Of a stretch of 64,000 bases of DNA, positions 27,790 to 42,393 are shown piece by piece. The stretch lies in NCBI RefSeq assembly GCF_009914755.1, contig NC_060943.1; one strand, written 5' to 3'. This DNA is from the human T2T-CHM13v2.0 reference genome, Homo sapiens. Numbering within the stretch: the stretch's first letter is position 1; the number at the start of each line of letters is the position of its first letter. The position numbers and the translations under genes were made by a program. Under the pieces are notes generated by a model. It searched no databases. It saw only the letters and a program-made list of their open reading frames with translations, and was not told the DNA's origin.

Positions 27790-28420
27790 GAGAGAGAGAT
27801 TTAGGGGAGAGAGGAAAACAGGAGGAAAAATGGGAGGTGTACACACAGGGTGGGAGGAAGAGACATGGATTCTGGAATCTCATCCTCCTCAACCTTTCCA
27901 ACTTGATTTATTGTCCACTATATCTGAGTCATTTGAGGAGTGTGGGCCTTTGTTTGAACGCCTTTGTAGGGACAGCCAGGACTACCAAACAGAGTCATGG
28001 GTTCTCAGACTTTATTTCTCATTCAACCTTGCAGAAGACATATTGGTGGGCCTTAAACTCAATACTTATCACCTCCTGAAAGGAGGAAGCATAGGAAGGA
28101 TGGTAGCACTGGAAGGCTTCACCATGTGGGTTTCAGTTCTAGACTCTAAGATTTGCCAAACAAATCTGTGTTCTCTGCATCCATACTGTGGATGCAGAAG
28201 GGGAAGGCACTTCTTCCTTCTTCCTTCTCAGCCTGGACCTATTGTACTGACAAGCCCATGTCTTCCTAACCTGGGGCCAGTAGGGAGTTGGTGGTGGCTT
28301 CACATTGGGGCACCGCCTCTCAGGGACCTATCAGCATGTTCTGTTGGCTATTACAGACTGATGTTGAACCTAGGGGTGAGAGTATTTCAAGGGTGAATTT
28401 CTTCTTTCCTTTCATTTACT

Positions 28421-28644
28421 ACCCATCCATGCATCCATCCATGCATTCATCCATCCACCAATTCATCCATTCATTCATGCACCAATTTATCCATCAACCC
28501 ATATACCCATTCATCCACCCACCCACCTATCCATCCATCCGTCTACCCATCCACCCATCCATCCACTCATTCATCCATCCATTTACTCATCCATCCATCC
28601 ATCCATCCATCCATCCATCCATCAATCCATCCATCTCCATCCAT
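28421..28644. repeat. (TCCA)n/(TTCA)n degenerate tetranucleotide repeat
   Basis: catccatccatc/cattcatc array, seen directly. Confidence 0.93.
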
Positions 28645-30576
28645 TATCAGTGCACTTTGCATGCAGCAGCATGGCATGAGCCCAGTGCATGAACAGGAGG
28701 TCAGAGGGAGAGTGTGGGAAATGCTATCTATCTCAAGATAAGCCCCTCTCAAGGTACTCCAGGATGTCCCCATGGTGGACATGGAGGAGGGCGAAAAAGC
28801 CTTGCATTCTTAACCATAGCCATAAGCAGGTGGGTTATTCTATGTATCCATATTAGTCTTAAGTCATCCTTTTCCCAAGAGTTACTCTAATGACTTTCTT
28901 GCACTAAATTCTAATTTGCTACTTGAGAGTTGAGTTTGGTTCAGTTTATCGAGTACATTAGCAGGACTATTATGCACTAGATACTAGTTTAGGAGCAAAA
29001 AATTCAATAAATTAGGGTCTATGCCCTTGAAAATTATATAGGTTTTAGAAAAGCTGTCATAATTTTAAAACTATGTTTTATTCGTTTGTTTTTCAATTCT
29101 CAACACCCAGGATGTGGAATGTATGCCCTGCAGGCTGGTCTCTTTCCTGAGAGCTGAGATGTCCTGTCCTAAGGTACACAAAATAGTCTTCTAAACATCA
29201 GCCATTTTAATAGACAGAGCCATGAGGTCTTGCTCATGTGAAAGCCACTGAAATCTTTTGGAAATATAATAATTGTCTTTTTTTTGCTTGTGATAATTTA
29301 TGTATGTTCAATGTATTTAAATACAGTTTAATATGCTGCATCTTATAAAAATCACTGCTGAGAAAGTTTCTGTCTAATGTCATTTTTGTAAGCTCCAAGA
29401 AAGGGTTTTTGAGCAAAATACCAATTTTACAATTACTCCGTTGAATCCTAATTTAAGAAAAGAATCATTTATTCATTATGTGAGGTGGAAAGAATTTTCC
29501 AGGAGAGACTAAGATTGACAGTAATGAAGTAGGAGCTTCACAGAAGAAGCGGTAGTGGGAGTTTTGAAATTCTGGGACCAGCGCAGGCCCACCATAGGTA
29601 TGGACACCTGGCTGGTCCTGAGGGCCCCCACAAGAGTGGGGCATATCAGGTTAGATGCCTCTGAAGACAATAAGGATGGATTCAATAAGTGTTTCCAACA
29701 CTTGGCAGAATCCAGTGGACCAATGAATCCTGCCACCTGCTGGCTGGCCCTTGAGGGGAAGGGCGCTCTTCCTCTACACAGTAGTATCTCTCCAGCACAA
29801 GCTGACTTCACTATCCTCCCATTCCTGCTGTCTTTGACCTGTAGTCATCTTCTATTCCTACGTTATACAGAGCTTGCTTTTCTCTGAGCACATCCTTTGT
29901 ACTCCTCTCCCTTCTTAATGGCTGTATGGAAGCCATGTTTCTTGATTAAAAAACCTCCTTAAACACACCTTATATCTTCAACGTCCATGCTATAGTGACT
30001 GCTGTGGTCTTGGTGATACACTTTAGGAAGAAACTTTCCCTGCAGCCCTCGAGGGTGGCATGTCAGGATCAGGAGTTTGTGTCTTCTTTGTATCCCAAGA
30101 CTTTTGAGAACTATTTCTACTTCTGCCTCTGCACCTTTTAGATTAGCACCATCTGGCTCTGCTACCCTCTACTTCTTATGATCCCCAGCATTTACCACTC
30201 TCCTGGGCACTTTTGCCATTCACCAAGAATCATGAGAACTGGGTCAACATCCTCCTCTACCACCAAATATTGTCATTATGAAGGGTGAACTCAGCTTTAA
30301 CAAGGATGATCTGTAGCCCATCACTGTTGTGTTACAGATGACTGATCCACTTGCCCATCTCAGTGACCTCACCCTACTTTAGCCAGCCAGCCAGGTGCTG
30401 GACCATCTCCGCCCCTAGGTGCACCATACCTTCTCCCCAAAACTACAACTCTCTCAAATCTTAAATGCTAGAACCATCTCATTCTCAGGTCCAATGTCTT
30501 ATCCTAGCTCTCTTAAAGATTTCCTCATTTTTGTACATTTACTTCTATTTTTCTGAGACTTCTGGGTCTTGGATGC

Positions 30577-31315
30577 TGATATCATTTGTATTCCCACCCA
30601 AATTTTGACCTGTCATCCCAAGATGTCAAGGGAGGGACCTGGAGGGAGGTAATTGGATCATGTGGGAGGTTTCTCCCATGCTGTTCTCATGATAGTGAGG
30701 GAGCTCTCACAAGATCGGATGGTTTTATAGGGGGCTCTTCCCCCTTCACTTGCTTGCTGTCTCTCTTGTTGCTTTGTGAAGAAGGTGCCTTGCTTCCCCT
30801 TCACCTTCTGCCCTGATTGTAAGTTTCCTGAAGCCTCCTCAGCCATATGGAACTGTGAGTCGATTAAGCCTCTTGTATTAGTCTGTTCTCACGCTGCTAT
30901 AAGGACATACCTGAGACTGGGAAATTTATAAAGGAAAGAGGTTTAATTGACTCACAGTTCTGCAGGGCTTGGGGGGCCTCAGGAAACTTACAATAATGGC
31001 AGAAGGGGAAGCAAACATATCCTTCCTCACATGGTGGCAGCAAGGAGAAGTGCAGAGTGAAGAGAGTGAAGATGGTTATAAAACCATCAGATCTCATGAG
31101 AACTCACCCACTATCACAAGAACAGCATGGAGGTAACTGCCCCCATGATTCAATTACCTCCCATTGGATCCCTCTCATGACACGTGGGGATTATGGGAAC
31201 TACAGTTCAAGATGAGATTTGGGTAGAAACACAGCCAAACCCTATCACCTCTTCCCTTTATAAATTACTCAGTCTTAGGTATTTCTTTATAGCAGTGTGA
31301 AAACGAACTAATACA
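30577..31315 (+). mobile_element. THE1 (THE1D-like) solo LTR, host of a nested LTR
   Basis: tgatat...aactaataca termini. Perfect TSD GATGC (30572-30576 and 31316-31320). Confidence 0.92.
30874..31247 (-). mobile_element. THE1 solo LTR inserted antisense inside the previous THE1
   Basis: tgtattagtc...ccctatca termini. Perfect TSD CCTCT (30869-30873 and 31248-31252). Confidence 0.93.
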
Positions 31316-31952
31316 GATGCCTTCTGAGCATCTTCTGAGATTCTGAATAGAATCTTCTGAGCATTCTATTTTCCTTCTGAGCAGTGCTTTCTCCCTTTGT
31401 TTCTCCATCTCATCTCCATGGTCTTTTGTTTCAACCATTCTCATGCCACTGAGTCTCCTCTATGACACTCCTCCTTTGCTTGTTTATGCCTCACCCAGGC
31501 AAATTCTTATTCTTGAAGCAATCTCTTCATTCCCCACCTCTATTTTCACTCTGAGTTGGCAAGGACCACTGGAGAAACATCACGCAAACTTTGCAAAGCT
31601 TGCAAACTGGAGGCACCACAAACACAAGTTCTTTAGGTGCTGATGAGTCTTCTGCACTGATGAGCACTCCTGCAAGGTTTCTCTCCAGGGCAGTAAATCC
31701 TCTGAGTGGTTATTCCAAAACTCCTTAATGGTTTTCCAGTCCCTTACTGCCACCTCCCTCCCTCACCCTTCTCCTTCTCTCCCCTCTTGGTGGGAAGTCT
31801 GTCCCCATGTTGGAAGTAGTTCTCCTATCCCCACCTCCCTCCCTCATCCTCCTCCTTCTCTCCCCTCTCACAGCAGAAAGCCCATACCCTAGTGTTGGAG
31901 ATAGGGCCTCTCAATTTCCCTCTGCTCCAGTCTTCCCATTCCTGCCCCCTGA

Positions 31953-32361
<409 letters not shown>

Positions 32362-32727
32362 TAAACATCATCCACATTTATGAAGAAAGATATCTCCTAC
32401 AGCCCTAAGGACCTTTTTGTCCTCACAACCAGTAAGTTTCTAAAGAGTTATCATCTCTTGCTGGACCCACTTCTCATAGCTCTATTCCCTCTTTAACATA
32501 CTACTGTTTGACTTTGGAGCCCTCCATCTCTCACCAAGATTGCTTAAATGCTTGCAGACAGATAACACTTTTCAATTTTCAGCTAACGTGTTTTATTTTT
32601 CCGCAAGCATGAGGGCATAACTACCTCTTGAAAATTTGACTTACGAGACACCACAGCCTCCCTGGGTTCTTTCTTTGCTGCCTTTCTGGCCATTCCTTTT
32701 TGGGCTCCTTCGGAGACTTCTCATGAT

Positions 32728-32730
32728 CTC

Positions 32731-32771
<41 letters not shown>
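32728..32771. repeat. (CT)n microsatellite
   Basis: Seen directly. Confidence 0.9.
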
Positions 32772-32778
<7 letters not shown>

Positions 32779-33218
32779 TATGTCATTTCCTTGGGGTTTT
32801 ATTGTATTTTTTCTCTTTACCCTACGTACTCTGTAGGCAAGCTTGGCCTCTCCTTTTGGGCTTCAAATATGACTTTAAGCCTAAACTTTCTGGGCATCTA
32901 CTCTTGGATATCTCATGAGTATCTCCAAAGCGAACCTGCCGTCTCTCTCCCCGTCATCAATGGACTTCGGTTCTTTTCCAGGGATGAATGACAAGAGGTC
33001 ATCCTGGGTTTCTTCCTCTCCAATACAGTCACTGTCTAATCAATCACCGAATTATATTGATTTCCCCCATCTGTCCATTCTTGCCGTTCCCACTGCCATG
33101 ACCCTGATCCACCACCACTACTTTCTCTCATTTGATTAATACAACAGCTTCCATCTTGCCAGCCTTCACTATACCCAACATATTCCACACTGCAGCCAGC
33201 ATCCTTTTTCTCAATGCA

Positions 33219-33459
33219 ATTTTATTTATTTATTTTGAAATAGAGTATTGCTCTGTTGCCCAGGCTGGAGTGCAGTAGTGCAATCATGGCTCACTGCAGG
33301 CTTGACCTCCTAGGCTCAAGCAATTCTCCCACCTCAGCCTTCTGAGTAGCTAGGACTACAGGTGTGCCCCACCATACCTGGATAATTTTTTAAATTTTTT
33401 GTAAAGACAGGGTCTTGCTATGTTGCCCAGGCTGGTCTTGAACTCCTGGGCTCAAGCGA
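33219..33459 (-). mobile_element. AluJ, 5'-truncated
   Basis: Antisense Alu ending at 'gggctcaagcga'. Confidence 0.9.
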
Positions 33460-35134
33460 AATTTGACCTTGTCGCCTGCAGGCTGAGACACTGCTGCAGA
33501 CTGCCCTCATCCTTGATGTGGTTTACAAGAACCTTTATGATGAGACGTCAGCCTAGGGTGGGTCCTCATTTGCCCACCCACATCACAGGTTCTAATCCAG
33601 AAACACTGAATTCATTCAGTTTCCTGAAGTTCTGATTTTTCTCTACTCTCTAGGCCTTTGTCCATGGTATTTTCTCTACCTAGAACACCGCTGTCTACCC
33701 ATTTACTCCTCAGGTTTAAGCTCCACTGTTGCTTCCTCTGTGTAGCCCTCCCTAATGTCTGTCCCCACCTCCTAATCTCCCAACCCAGAGATTGGGGCCT
33801 GGGTTTCTGTTACTAGCAACACAGCCGGATGTGGCAGCTCACATCACGTGGCCTTGATGACATGTCTGTGCCACATCAGGCCCCACTCTGAGAAGACAGT
33901 ACTCTGTGTTGGGGTAGAAGCTCCGTTGTGTTCATTGCTGGAGCCCTGCCAAGCACCACGCCTTGCCCAAATAGTTTCTCTGGAGGTGTCAGTCGAGTTG
34001 GTCAGATGCCTTAGTCATCGGTATCCACAGGGACAGACCTGAAGGTGCCTTTTCATATCCTTGCCTGCAAGTCAGTCTGTGTCTTAGACTCTAAAGTTTG
34101 GAATTAAATTTATTATCTACATATCTTTTGGATTTTATCTAATTTTCTAAGACAGCTGGGTCAATGAAAGTATCTTTATATCCCCAAATAAAAACTCACA
34201 AGCACTTAGATTCCGCATGAATCTAAGTAGCTGGTGATTTCAATCTCCTAGCAGATGCTTGGCCCTGCAATAGGCCCAGCTGGGCTGTGCCCTAGGGCTA
34301 CCGCCCCTCGCACATGTTGGAACCCACCCCTGGTATTCTGGAGAAGCCCTCTCAGCTAGAATTATTTTCAGTTCAGCAGTTCCTGAAACCCTAGAGCCTG
34401 TAGAGGGAAAAACAGAAATGATTTCCAGTCCAGGGCAAAGTGAGGCTGCATGGAAAAAGAGAGAAAGTCAGTTGTTGGACGGCATCAAAAGTCAGCCTGT
34501 TCTATTAGGCAAAAATAAACAGAGGCAGGCAGAAACCAAACAAGACAAAAATGTTCATTAGCTGCGCCAACCCAGGCCACCCACTTCGTTGAACTGACCA
34601 CATCACTTCGAGATTCCCTACACACGGCCCCACCCTTCCCTGCTCTCCCCAGGGGTAGACAAGGCATCAGAGTGGAAAGGAAGAGACCAGCTTAAACCAG
34701 AATAACCTCCATCCCCCACTTCCAAAGCTGCCCAGAGATGGGCTTTGGCAGCAGATCCACCAAGACGTCAGTCGTGGGGGAGTTCCCTGCCTGGCTGCCT
34801 CGGTTTCTCCTTGATAGCACAGACTCATTGTTATCCGTTTACGGAAATGAGCCTAAAACAGGGGTCAGAACAGATCAGTATCTGTGGGGAAGGGCAGCAT
34901 TCTTTGGAGAGGCGTATTCAGGATTCATTATCTCTTTATAATTAAAAACAAACTATGTTTTCCCATTAAACTTTACAGAAAGTTAAGTCCAATTAAAGCA
35001 TCTGGCCTCCTTAGGGAGTGCGGAGATAGCGTCCTCATTAGCTCCTGCAGCGACTCTTGGGGTTGGGGGAGGAAGGGCATGGAGATTTTACTTTATTTGT
35101 TTGTTCACTGAGTTTTTTCCTCACTCCACCGTCA

Positions 35135-35262
35135 TGTGAAGGTGGGGATCTGCACATTTTGCTCACCACTGTATTCTCGACTCCTAGAACAGAGCCTGGC
35201 ACGTGTCGGACAACTGTGGAGGGAACTGATGAGTGAAAGAGAGAATGGAGAAAGGAATGAAT
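35135..35262 (+). mobile_element. L2 3' end
   Basis: 'gctcaccactgtattctc...cctagaacagagcctggcacgt...gaatgaat'. Confidence 0.7.
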
Positions 35263-35969
35263 CAGCATAAGCCCCACAGGGACAAAGACTGTAACTGGAG
35301 CACCCTTTCATCCCCACTGCTGGACACAGGGTGGGGAACACTAAATGTGCGCTACGCATTGTTTATCGAAACAGGCTCTACATCAAAATAAAAAACAAAA
35401 CGAAAAAACAGGAAGCTTTTCTGGATCAAGGCTAGCGTTTTACAGTTGAGATATGGAAGCCCAAGGAAGAAGGGAAATTTGAGATTTGCTTGTAGCCTCT
35501 GAGCTGGTCAGCTGGGAGGCTCTGGCCAAGGTGGGGTTGTTGAGCCCCAGGTAAAAGCCCCACCCAGCCCCTCTTCTTGCTGTCTGCAACAGGGCAGCCA
35601 CACTCTGTGCTCACCAGGGAGTCTTATCTGGAGTTCAAGTCCCAAGACCTGACCTTCGGGGCCTCCCAATAAAAGGGCAGAGATCTTTCCTCATGAATAC
35701 GCCGGGCCCTTGCGGCTCCCTCAACTCTCAGCAGCCGCCACAGATCCATTCTCCTCTCTGGCCCCAAGAGCACACCTGCTTGCAGGTTTCTGGATAGGGC
35801 TAAAATGAAACCGGGACAGGTGTCAGGTGAAGGGCCGAGGTCTAGGCCTAAGGGGTGCTGCTTTGCCCAGAAAGGCCCAGATGAGCCAGCCTTGATTTGC
35901 AGCACTTAGAAGAGCCCCTGTGGCTTTTGGCAACTCAGGACAATAGGTGAACTCCCAGGAAAGTCACTC

Positions 35970-36230
35970 TCCTTCCAGGCCCAGCCCAAATGCTACCTCC
36001 TCCAGAAGGCTTTGCTGCCCCCAGCACTGGTGCGATGTACCCCTGCTTGGTGGGAGTCCTCTCCTCTGGGTCTCCAGTCACTTCTCAGTGGCCTCCCTCT
36101 CAGCTTGTTCATCTGTCGTTGCATAGGACCGTGTGCGTCAACACCAGGACAATGTTTCTGGTCTTCTTTGAACCTTCTGTGTCCAGCACAGTGCCTGACT
36201 CCCAGCAGGTACTCAGGAAATACTTCTGAC
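35970..36230 (+). mobile_element. L2 3' fragment
   Basis: 'aaatgctacctcctccagaagg...ccagcacagtgcctgactcccagcaggtactcagga'. Confidence 0.7.
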
Positions 36231-36794
36231 AGGTAGAAAAGGCCTCTCTGCATCTTTAGAACCAGAGAAGCCAAAAGAAACTGAAAAGATGCTCTATAAG
36301 AGGCTCAGGGGTTACAGAAGGAAAGGCTGTGAAGGAAAAGGATGCAGCCCTGGCCAACAAGCTGAGATCTCTGGCCGTCCTGTCACCTTTCTGGGCCTCA
36401 GGGCCACGAGGCTGCTGGATGCAGTGGGACTGACCCCTGGTGTCCACCCTGGGACAGTCAGATCACATGATCCGTATTAGATAAAAAAAGCAAATATACA
36501 CCTTTGTTTAAGATGCCACATGCCTGATCAAAGTAAAGGCTGTTTACTCAACCACTTGTTAAACTCAGGAATAGCAGACTTGCTCATCTGAACCCAAGCT
36601 TGCAGACAGGACGGGAGAGCAGAACTCATGCCCGAGGGCTTTCCCCGGAGCAAAGTCAGGGCTGGAATGCTTGCCAGGACAGCTTGGAAGGTGGAAGGAG
36701 GCGGCAGCACCTGTCCTCAGTGTGTGTGTGTGGTTTTTCTCACTTCTCTTCCCTTACCCAGTCTCTCCTCTCTTTGGAGGTTATTTGTGGGGCA

Positions 36795-37230
36795 CATAGG
36801 CTGAGTTTCCTGGGAAGTAGACTCTTGGGAAGGAGATTAGTGTGCAGGAGTTTGCTAATGAGTACTCCTGAGATCCCATCTATGGCAAGGAAGGAAACAG
36901 GCCTGAGCAGAGGATAAAGTCAGGCTGCCATGAAATCTTGGCCGAACGCTGCAGCCAGTCCTGCAGAGAGTCCTGAAGATGGGATGAGCCTTCAGAGCTG
37001 CCCAGCTCAAGGGAGAGAGTGCCGAGTGTGCCTCTACATACCCTGTCCCCATCAATCAACACTGGGCATCATTGCCTGGGACAGAGGTAGAGCTTGGGCA
37101 AGGCAGTGGTCTTCAGCCAAGGCAATCCTGAAAGGGGCTGGCTGCTGCGGGCTGTCTGTCAGGGGCTCTCCCAACAGAGAGGAGAATGAGTTCTGAAACG
37201 AGGTCTATGCAGCCCCTCCCAGCGGCCACC
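36795..37230. mobile_element. Old ERVL-class LTR (LTR33/LTR16-like)
   Basis: 'gagattagtgtgcaggagttt...gatgggatgagccttcagagctg'. Related sequence recurs at ~47330 and ~61640 ('ggagctgggatggcccttcagagctg'). Confidence 0.55.
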
Positions 37231-37431
37231 ACATGGGGGTTGACAGTGAAGGTGATCGGAGTGGCATCAGCCGTGGTAGCCAGAGAGCTGTTCAGCTTGA
37301 TGGGGAAAGGGAGTAAGGAACGAAGAATGCAACCCATGTGAATTCTTCTAATCATGCCTTCTCTAACCCCCAGCACATTAATCTTGCCTGGCTTAGAAGG
37401 GAGTCAAGTGTCAAATTTAAGGCTATTCTAC

Positions 37432-38212
37432 TTTTTTTTCTTCTAATTCTATTTCCATAGGTTATTGGGGAACAGGTGGTATTTGGTTACCTGAGTAAGT
37501 TCTTTAATAGTGATGTGTGCACCCATCACCCAAGCAGTATACACTGCACTCAATTTGTAGTCTTTTATCCTTTACCCCCATCCCACCCTTTCTCCCCGAG
37601 TCCCCAAAGTCCACTGTGTCATTTTTATGCCTTTGCATCCTTATATCTTAGCTTCCACTTATGAGTGAGAACATACGATGTTGGTTTTCCATTCCTGAGT
37701 TACTTTACTTAGAATACTAGTCTCCAATCTCATCCAGGTTCCTGCAAAAGCCATTAGTTCATTCCTTTTATGGCTGAATAGTATTCCATTGTACATATAT
37801 ACCACAGTTTAGTTTCTTTATCCACAAGTTCATTGTTGGGCATTTGTGTTGGTTCTACATTTTGCAATTGAGAATTGTGCTGGTATAAACAAACGTGTGT
37901 GCAAGTATCTTTTTCATATAATGACTTCTTTTCCTCTGGGATTGCTGGATGAAATGGCAGTTCTACTTTTAGTTCTTTAAGAATCTCCACACTATTTTCC
38001 ACAGTGGCTGTACTAGTTTACATTCCCACCAGCAGTGTAGAAGTGTTCCCTGTTCACCACATCCACACCAACTCTATTATTTCTTGGTTTTTTGGTTATG
38101 GCCATTCTTGCAGGAGTAAGGTGATATCACATTGTGGTTTTGATTTACATTTCCTTGATCATTAGTGAGTTCAGTGAGGTTAGCATTTTTTTCTTTTTTA
38201 TTTGGCCAGTAT
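37432..38212 (-). mobile_element. L1PB 3' end
   Basis: 'tttccataggttattggggaacaggtggtatttggttac' 3' terminus plus ORF2 C-terminal remnant. Confidence 0.92.
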
Positions 38213-38625
38213 ATATTCTACTTGAACGACCCGCATTCTATAAACTCAGACATCCAACCCGGAAGCCCTTCTTCATTGATCAGAAGGGGAGGAGAGGCCT
38301 GGAGGGGGGAAAGGAATGGCTCCCGGCCATGCAGCATATGGAGCCAGGAGTAGAGCCACTGATGCTGTCTCCCAGTCTAGGGTTGAGCCAAGAGCACCTT
38401 TTTGGCCTATGCCTTGCAGGTGACCATCTTTCTCTCCCATCAACACTGCACCGTAGACCCAACCTTGTGAAATTTTTGCACTTTCACAAAACCCAGTTCA
38501 AATCAATGAGGCTTTCTGAGTTCTTATTAACTGCTCAGTAGTGTCCTCAGGCTACAAGGAGGCAAGAAAGAGAGGAGTCAAGGTGCTGCCTTTGGTCCAG
38601 GAAACAATAACCATGGCCAGAAAGC

Positions 38626-39238
<613 letters not shown>

Positions 39239-40000
39239 TCACTGTGGCAGGCCCCTGTCCTACCTGGGAAAAGGCCACTCTCTTTGGAGTTCAGTCAATG
39301 AGTGGTCACACTGGAGAACAGCAATCCTTGATGCTCTGGTGGCATCCAGAGTTCTGCAGAGGACCTGCCATGGTCGGGGGTTGTGATTCATAAGGAGGCC
39401 ACTCGCTGCAGGCAGGCCAAGGCTGCAGAAGGAGACATCAGGGAAACAGAGGGAAGACACAGCAGCGGGGACATGGTAATATCCACATGGTAAATATCAC
39501 AGCAGATATAGCCCTGCAGGAATTAAAGCCACCAGAGATTAGAGTCAACGGCAGCAAAGGAGAATTTTGGCGGCCTCGCTGGGACATTGGGCCATCCCAG
39601 GCTTTTCCATGAAGGTGGGGACATCTGGTGTTTTTATGGTGAGGGCCACCCAAGCCAGGCAAGTGTCTTTCCCAGGCTGCTGCAGAGTGGGGCAGCATTG
39701 GGTGCTCATAGGCATGGGGTTGGCCAGCAGCAGCCCAGGGGTCATTGTACTTTGCAACATTGCACTTGCACTCCCAAAAAGCTGCATTCCTGGAGCTCCT
39801 TCCCAGTTGTTTTGGAAAAGGTCAGAGCAACAACTGCATTTCTAGTACCACATCAGCAATCAAACTCCATGCCTGGATTGGCCTTGTTGAGGGGATGATG
39901 TTTCTAAGTGGTTGAATGGTGGAATACGAGCCCATGAATGCAGGGGTGACAGGGACTATTGCTGGGTCCCTAGGCTCTCATTCTACCAACATGTGCCCTA

Positions 40001-40338
40001 TGTAATAGTCATTAGTGCCAGCAACAAGTATTCCTGAAGAAAGGCAAGCATTAATAGCTAGCTTTGTCAATGAAATGGGACAGATGTTACCTGTGTTTCT
40101 CCCAGGGTGGACACCTTTGGAAGAGTGCCTGATTTGCAATCTGCCCTGCTTCATGTTATGGGGACCAACAACATTCCAGGAGGCAGATTGTCTGTCAATC
40201 TGAGATTTCTGATGAAACCGCAAAGAACAGATTTCCAACACCATCCAACCCTGCCAAGATGGAGAAATTGTTCTAAGCTCATGAATTCGTAAAGTTGTTT
40301 GTTACTGCAGCACAACTTCTCCTATCCTGACTAATACA
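40001..40338 (+). mobile_element. MLT1 (MaLR) LTR remnant
   Basis: 3' terminus 'ttgtttgttactgcagcacaac...ctgactaataca'. 5' boundary uncertain. Confidence 0.55.
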
Positions 40339-40341
40339 GCA

Positions 40342-40868
40342 CATCTCTGCTTAAACTCTTCAATGGTTTTCCTGGAAACTATGGTATAATCCCAAATCCC
40401 CATCACAGCCTATAAGGCTTTATTTTTCTGCCTCTCTTCCAACTTCATCTTCCACTGGTCCTGCCTTTCTCACTCGGTTTCAGCCACAGTGAACTTTCTG
40501 TTTCTCAAATACGCCATGCTTATTCTGGTCCCAGAGTCCTGGCACTTGCTGTTATCTCTGCCTGGGATAATCTTCCTGACCCTCAGCTCTGACTGGATTC
40601 AGATCCTCTTAGATTCCACCGCCTTGAGCAGGCATTTATTTCCCTTACCACTCTGTCTAAAGTAGCCCAGTCACTGTCTATCATAGTAACCTCTTTTAAA
40701 TTTTCTTTTGAGCATTCATTACGCTCTGCAGTTACTTAGGATTGTAAGTAAAATGCTTCTCTTTTCCCCTGGAATGTGAGACAGGAATCTTGTCTCTTGA
40801 CAGCACCTAGAATAAGGCCTGGTATGCAATGAGAGTTCAGTGAACATTTCATGAGTGAATGAATGGAT
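40342..40868 (+). mobile_element. L2 3' end
   Basis: 'ctgcttaaactcttcaatgg...ggcacttgctgttatctctgcctgggat...cagcacctagaataaggcctgg...gaatgaatg'. Confidence 0.8.
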
Positions 40869-42065
40869 GTGTTATCCGTGGAATTCATTGACTCATGGAC
40901 AACACACAAAGGAGAGACTAGATGAATGGTTCCATTTTTACAAACAGACAACTCAATGCGTCCCAGAAATCCAGCACTGCTGGCCCTACCTAGTTCCTGG
41001 CAGGGAACTCAGCTCTGATTTGGAGCACTGACCATTTCCTCCCAGATTCGGGCACAAGATTCACTGTGATAAATGGCCTGAGCTCCTCGTTGCATTTAAT
41101 GGAAAACCCTGATCCAAGTGGAACTGCAGCCAGGTGGCCCGTGGGAGCCCTGGGATATGACTTCCAGGGAGACCACAAAACCTGGATAGGCGGACGCCGT
41201 TCCAGATACATTAACTCATAATCCCCAGGAAGCGCGCACTTCCGATGAAGGAAGAGGAGGCTTCCCCTCTCACAAACACTAATAGCCATGGTTAATCCTC
41301 ATCCCAGGAAAAGGTTCTTGCCCAAGTGTCTGGAGAAGCTTCATCAACGTCAGCACAGGGACCCGATGCAGGGACAGATAATGGTTCCAGAAGGCGTCTG
41401 CTCAGCGGCCTTCTTGGATTATGGATTGTGTGGGGCCGTTGCTGGGGTGGTCCCTGAGCAGCAGGGAGACTGGTGCAGCCCCAAGCAGCTGCCCGGCTGA
41501 GCTCACCTGCTTGTTCTTGGTGTCCAGAGGCGGCTGTGGCTGTTCCTGGAATTTCGGATGTGTGCTTTTATGCTCAGTAGGGATGCGGGAGCCTGTGTCT
41601 GGGCTCCTAAAGTGAAAAGGGCAGGGCTCCAGTGATTTTGAATCAAGTTGGAAGTCCGAGATGCCCATAGAGCCAACCAGGCTGCCTCAGCCCTCCAAAT
41701 GCACCTTGCCTGAGCTCCTCCTGCTGCCCTGCGACCCCGACACTCACCCCTTCCCCTTTGTCTCCTGTTCTTTTTCTTCTAGACTTGGCTGAGAACATCC
41801 TCCAGGTCTTAAAACCCAGCCTCCTGATTTTTGTTTCTCTCCCCTAGGCTGCGTGGTGCTGGGGGGATCCTGTGTCCTCCCAAATTTCCCATCTTCCCTC
41901 TCATGACTACTGCCAAACTCCACCCTCGGTCTTTTCCCCACCAGTTTCTTCTTGCGAGCCAGAACAGAGGCTCTCAAACAGCAATTCACACACCTGTGTC
42001 ATTTGTGTTAAACGAAATAAAAAGAAAGGCCAAGAAGTAAGTATTTTTAAAAAAATATTTTTTGA

Positions 42066-42393
<328 letters not shown>

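Noticed and set aside
27830-28692. 188-aa and 134-aa ORFs
   Set aside because: No recognisable domain. The His/Pro/Ser-rich one is a translation of the (TCCA)n repeat.
42031-42045. Consensus splice donor-like GTAAGT
   Set aside because: Part of an Alu TSD (duplicated at ~42400), and no upstream exon could be defined.
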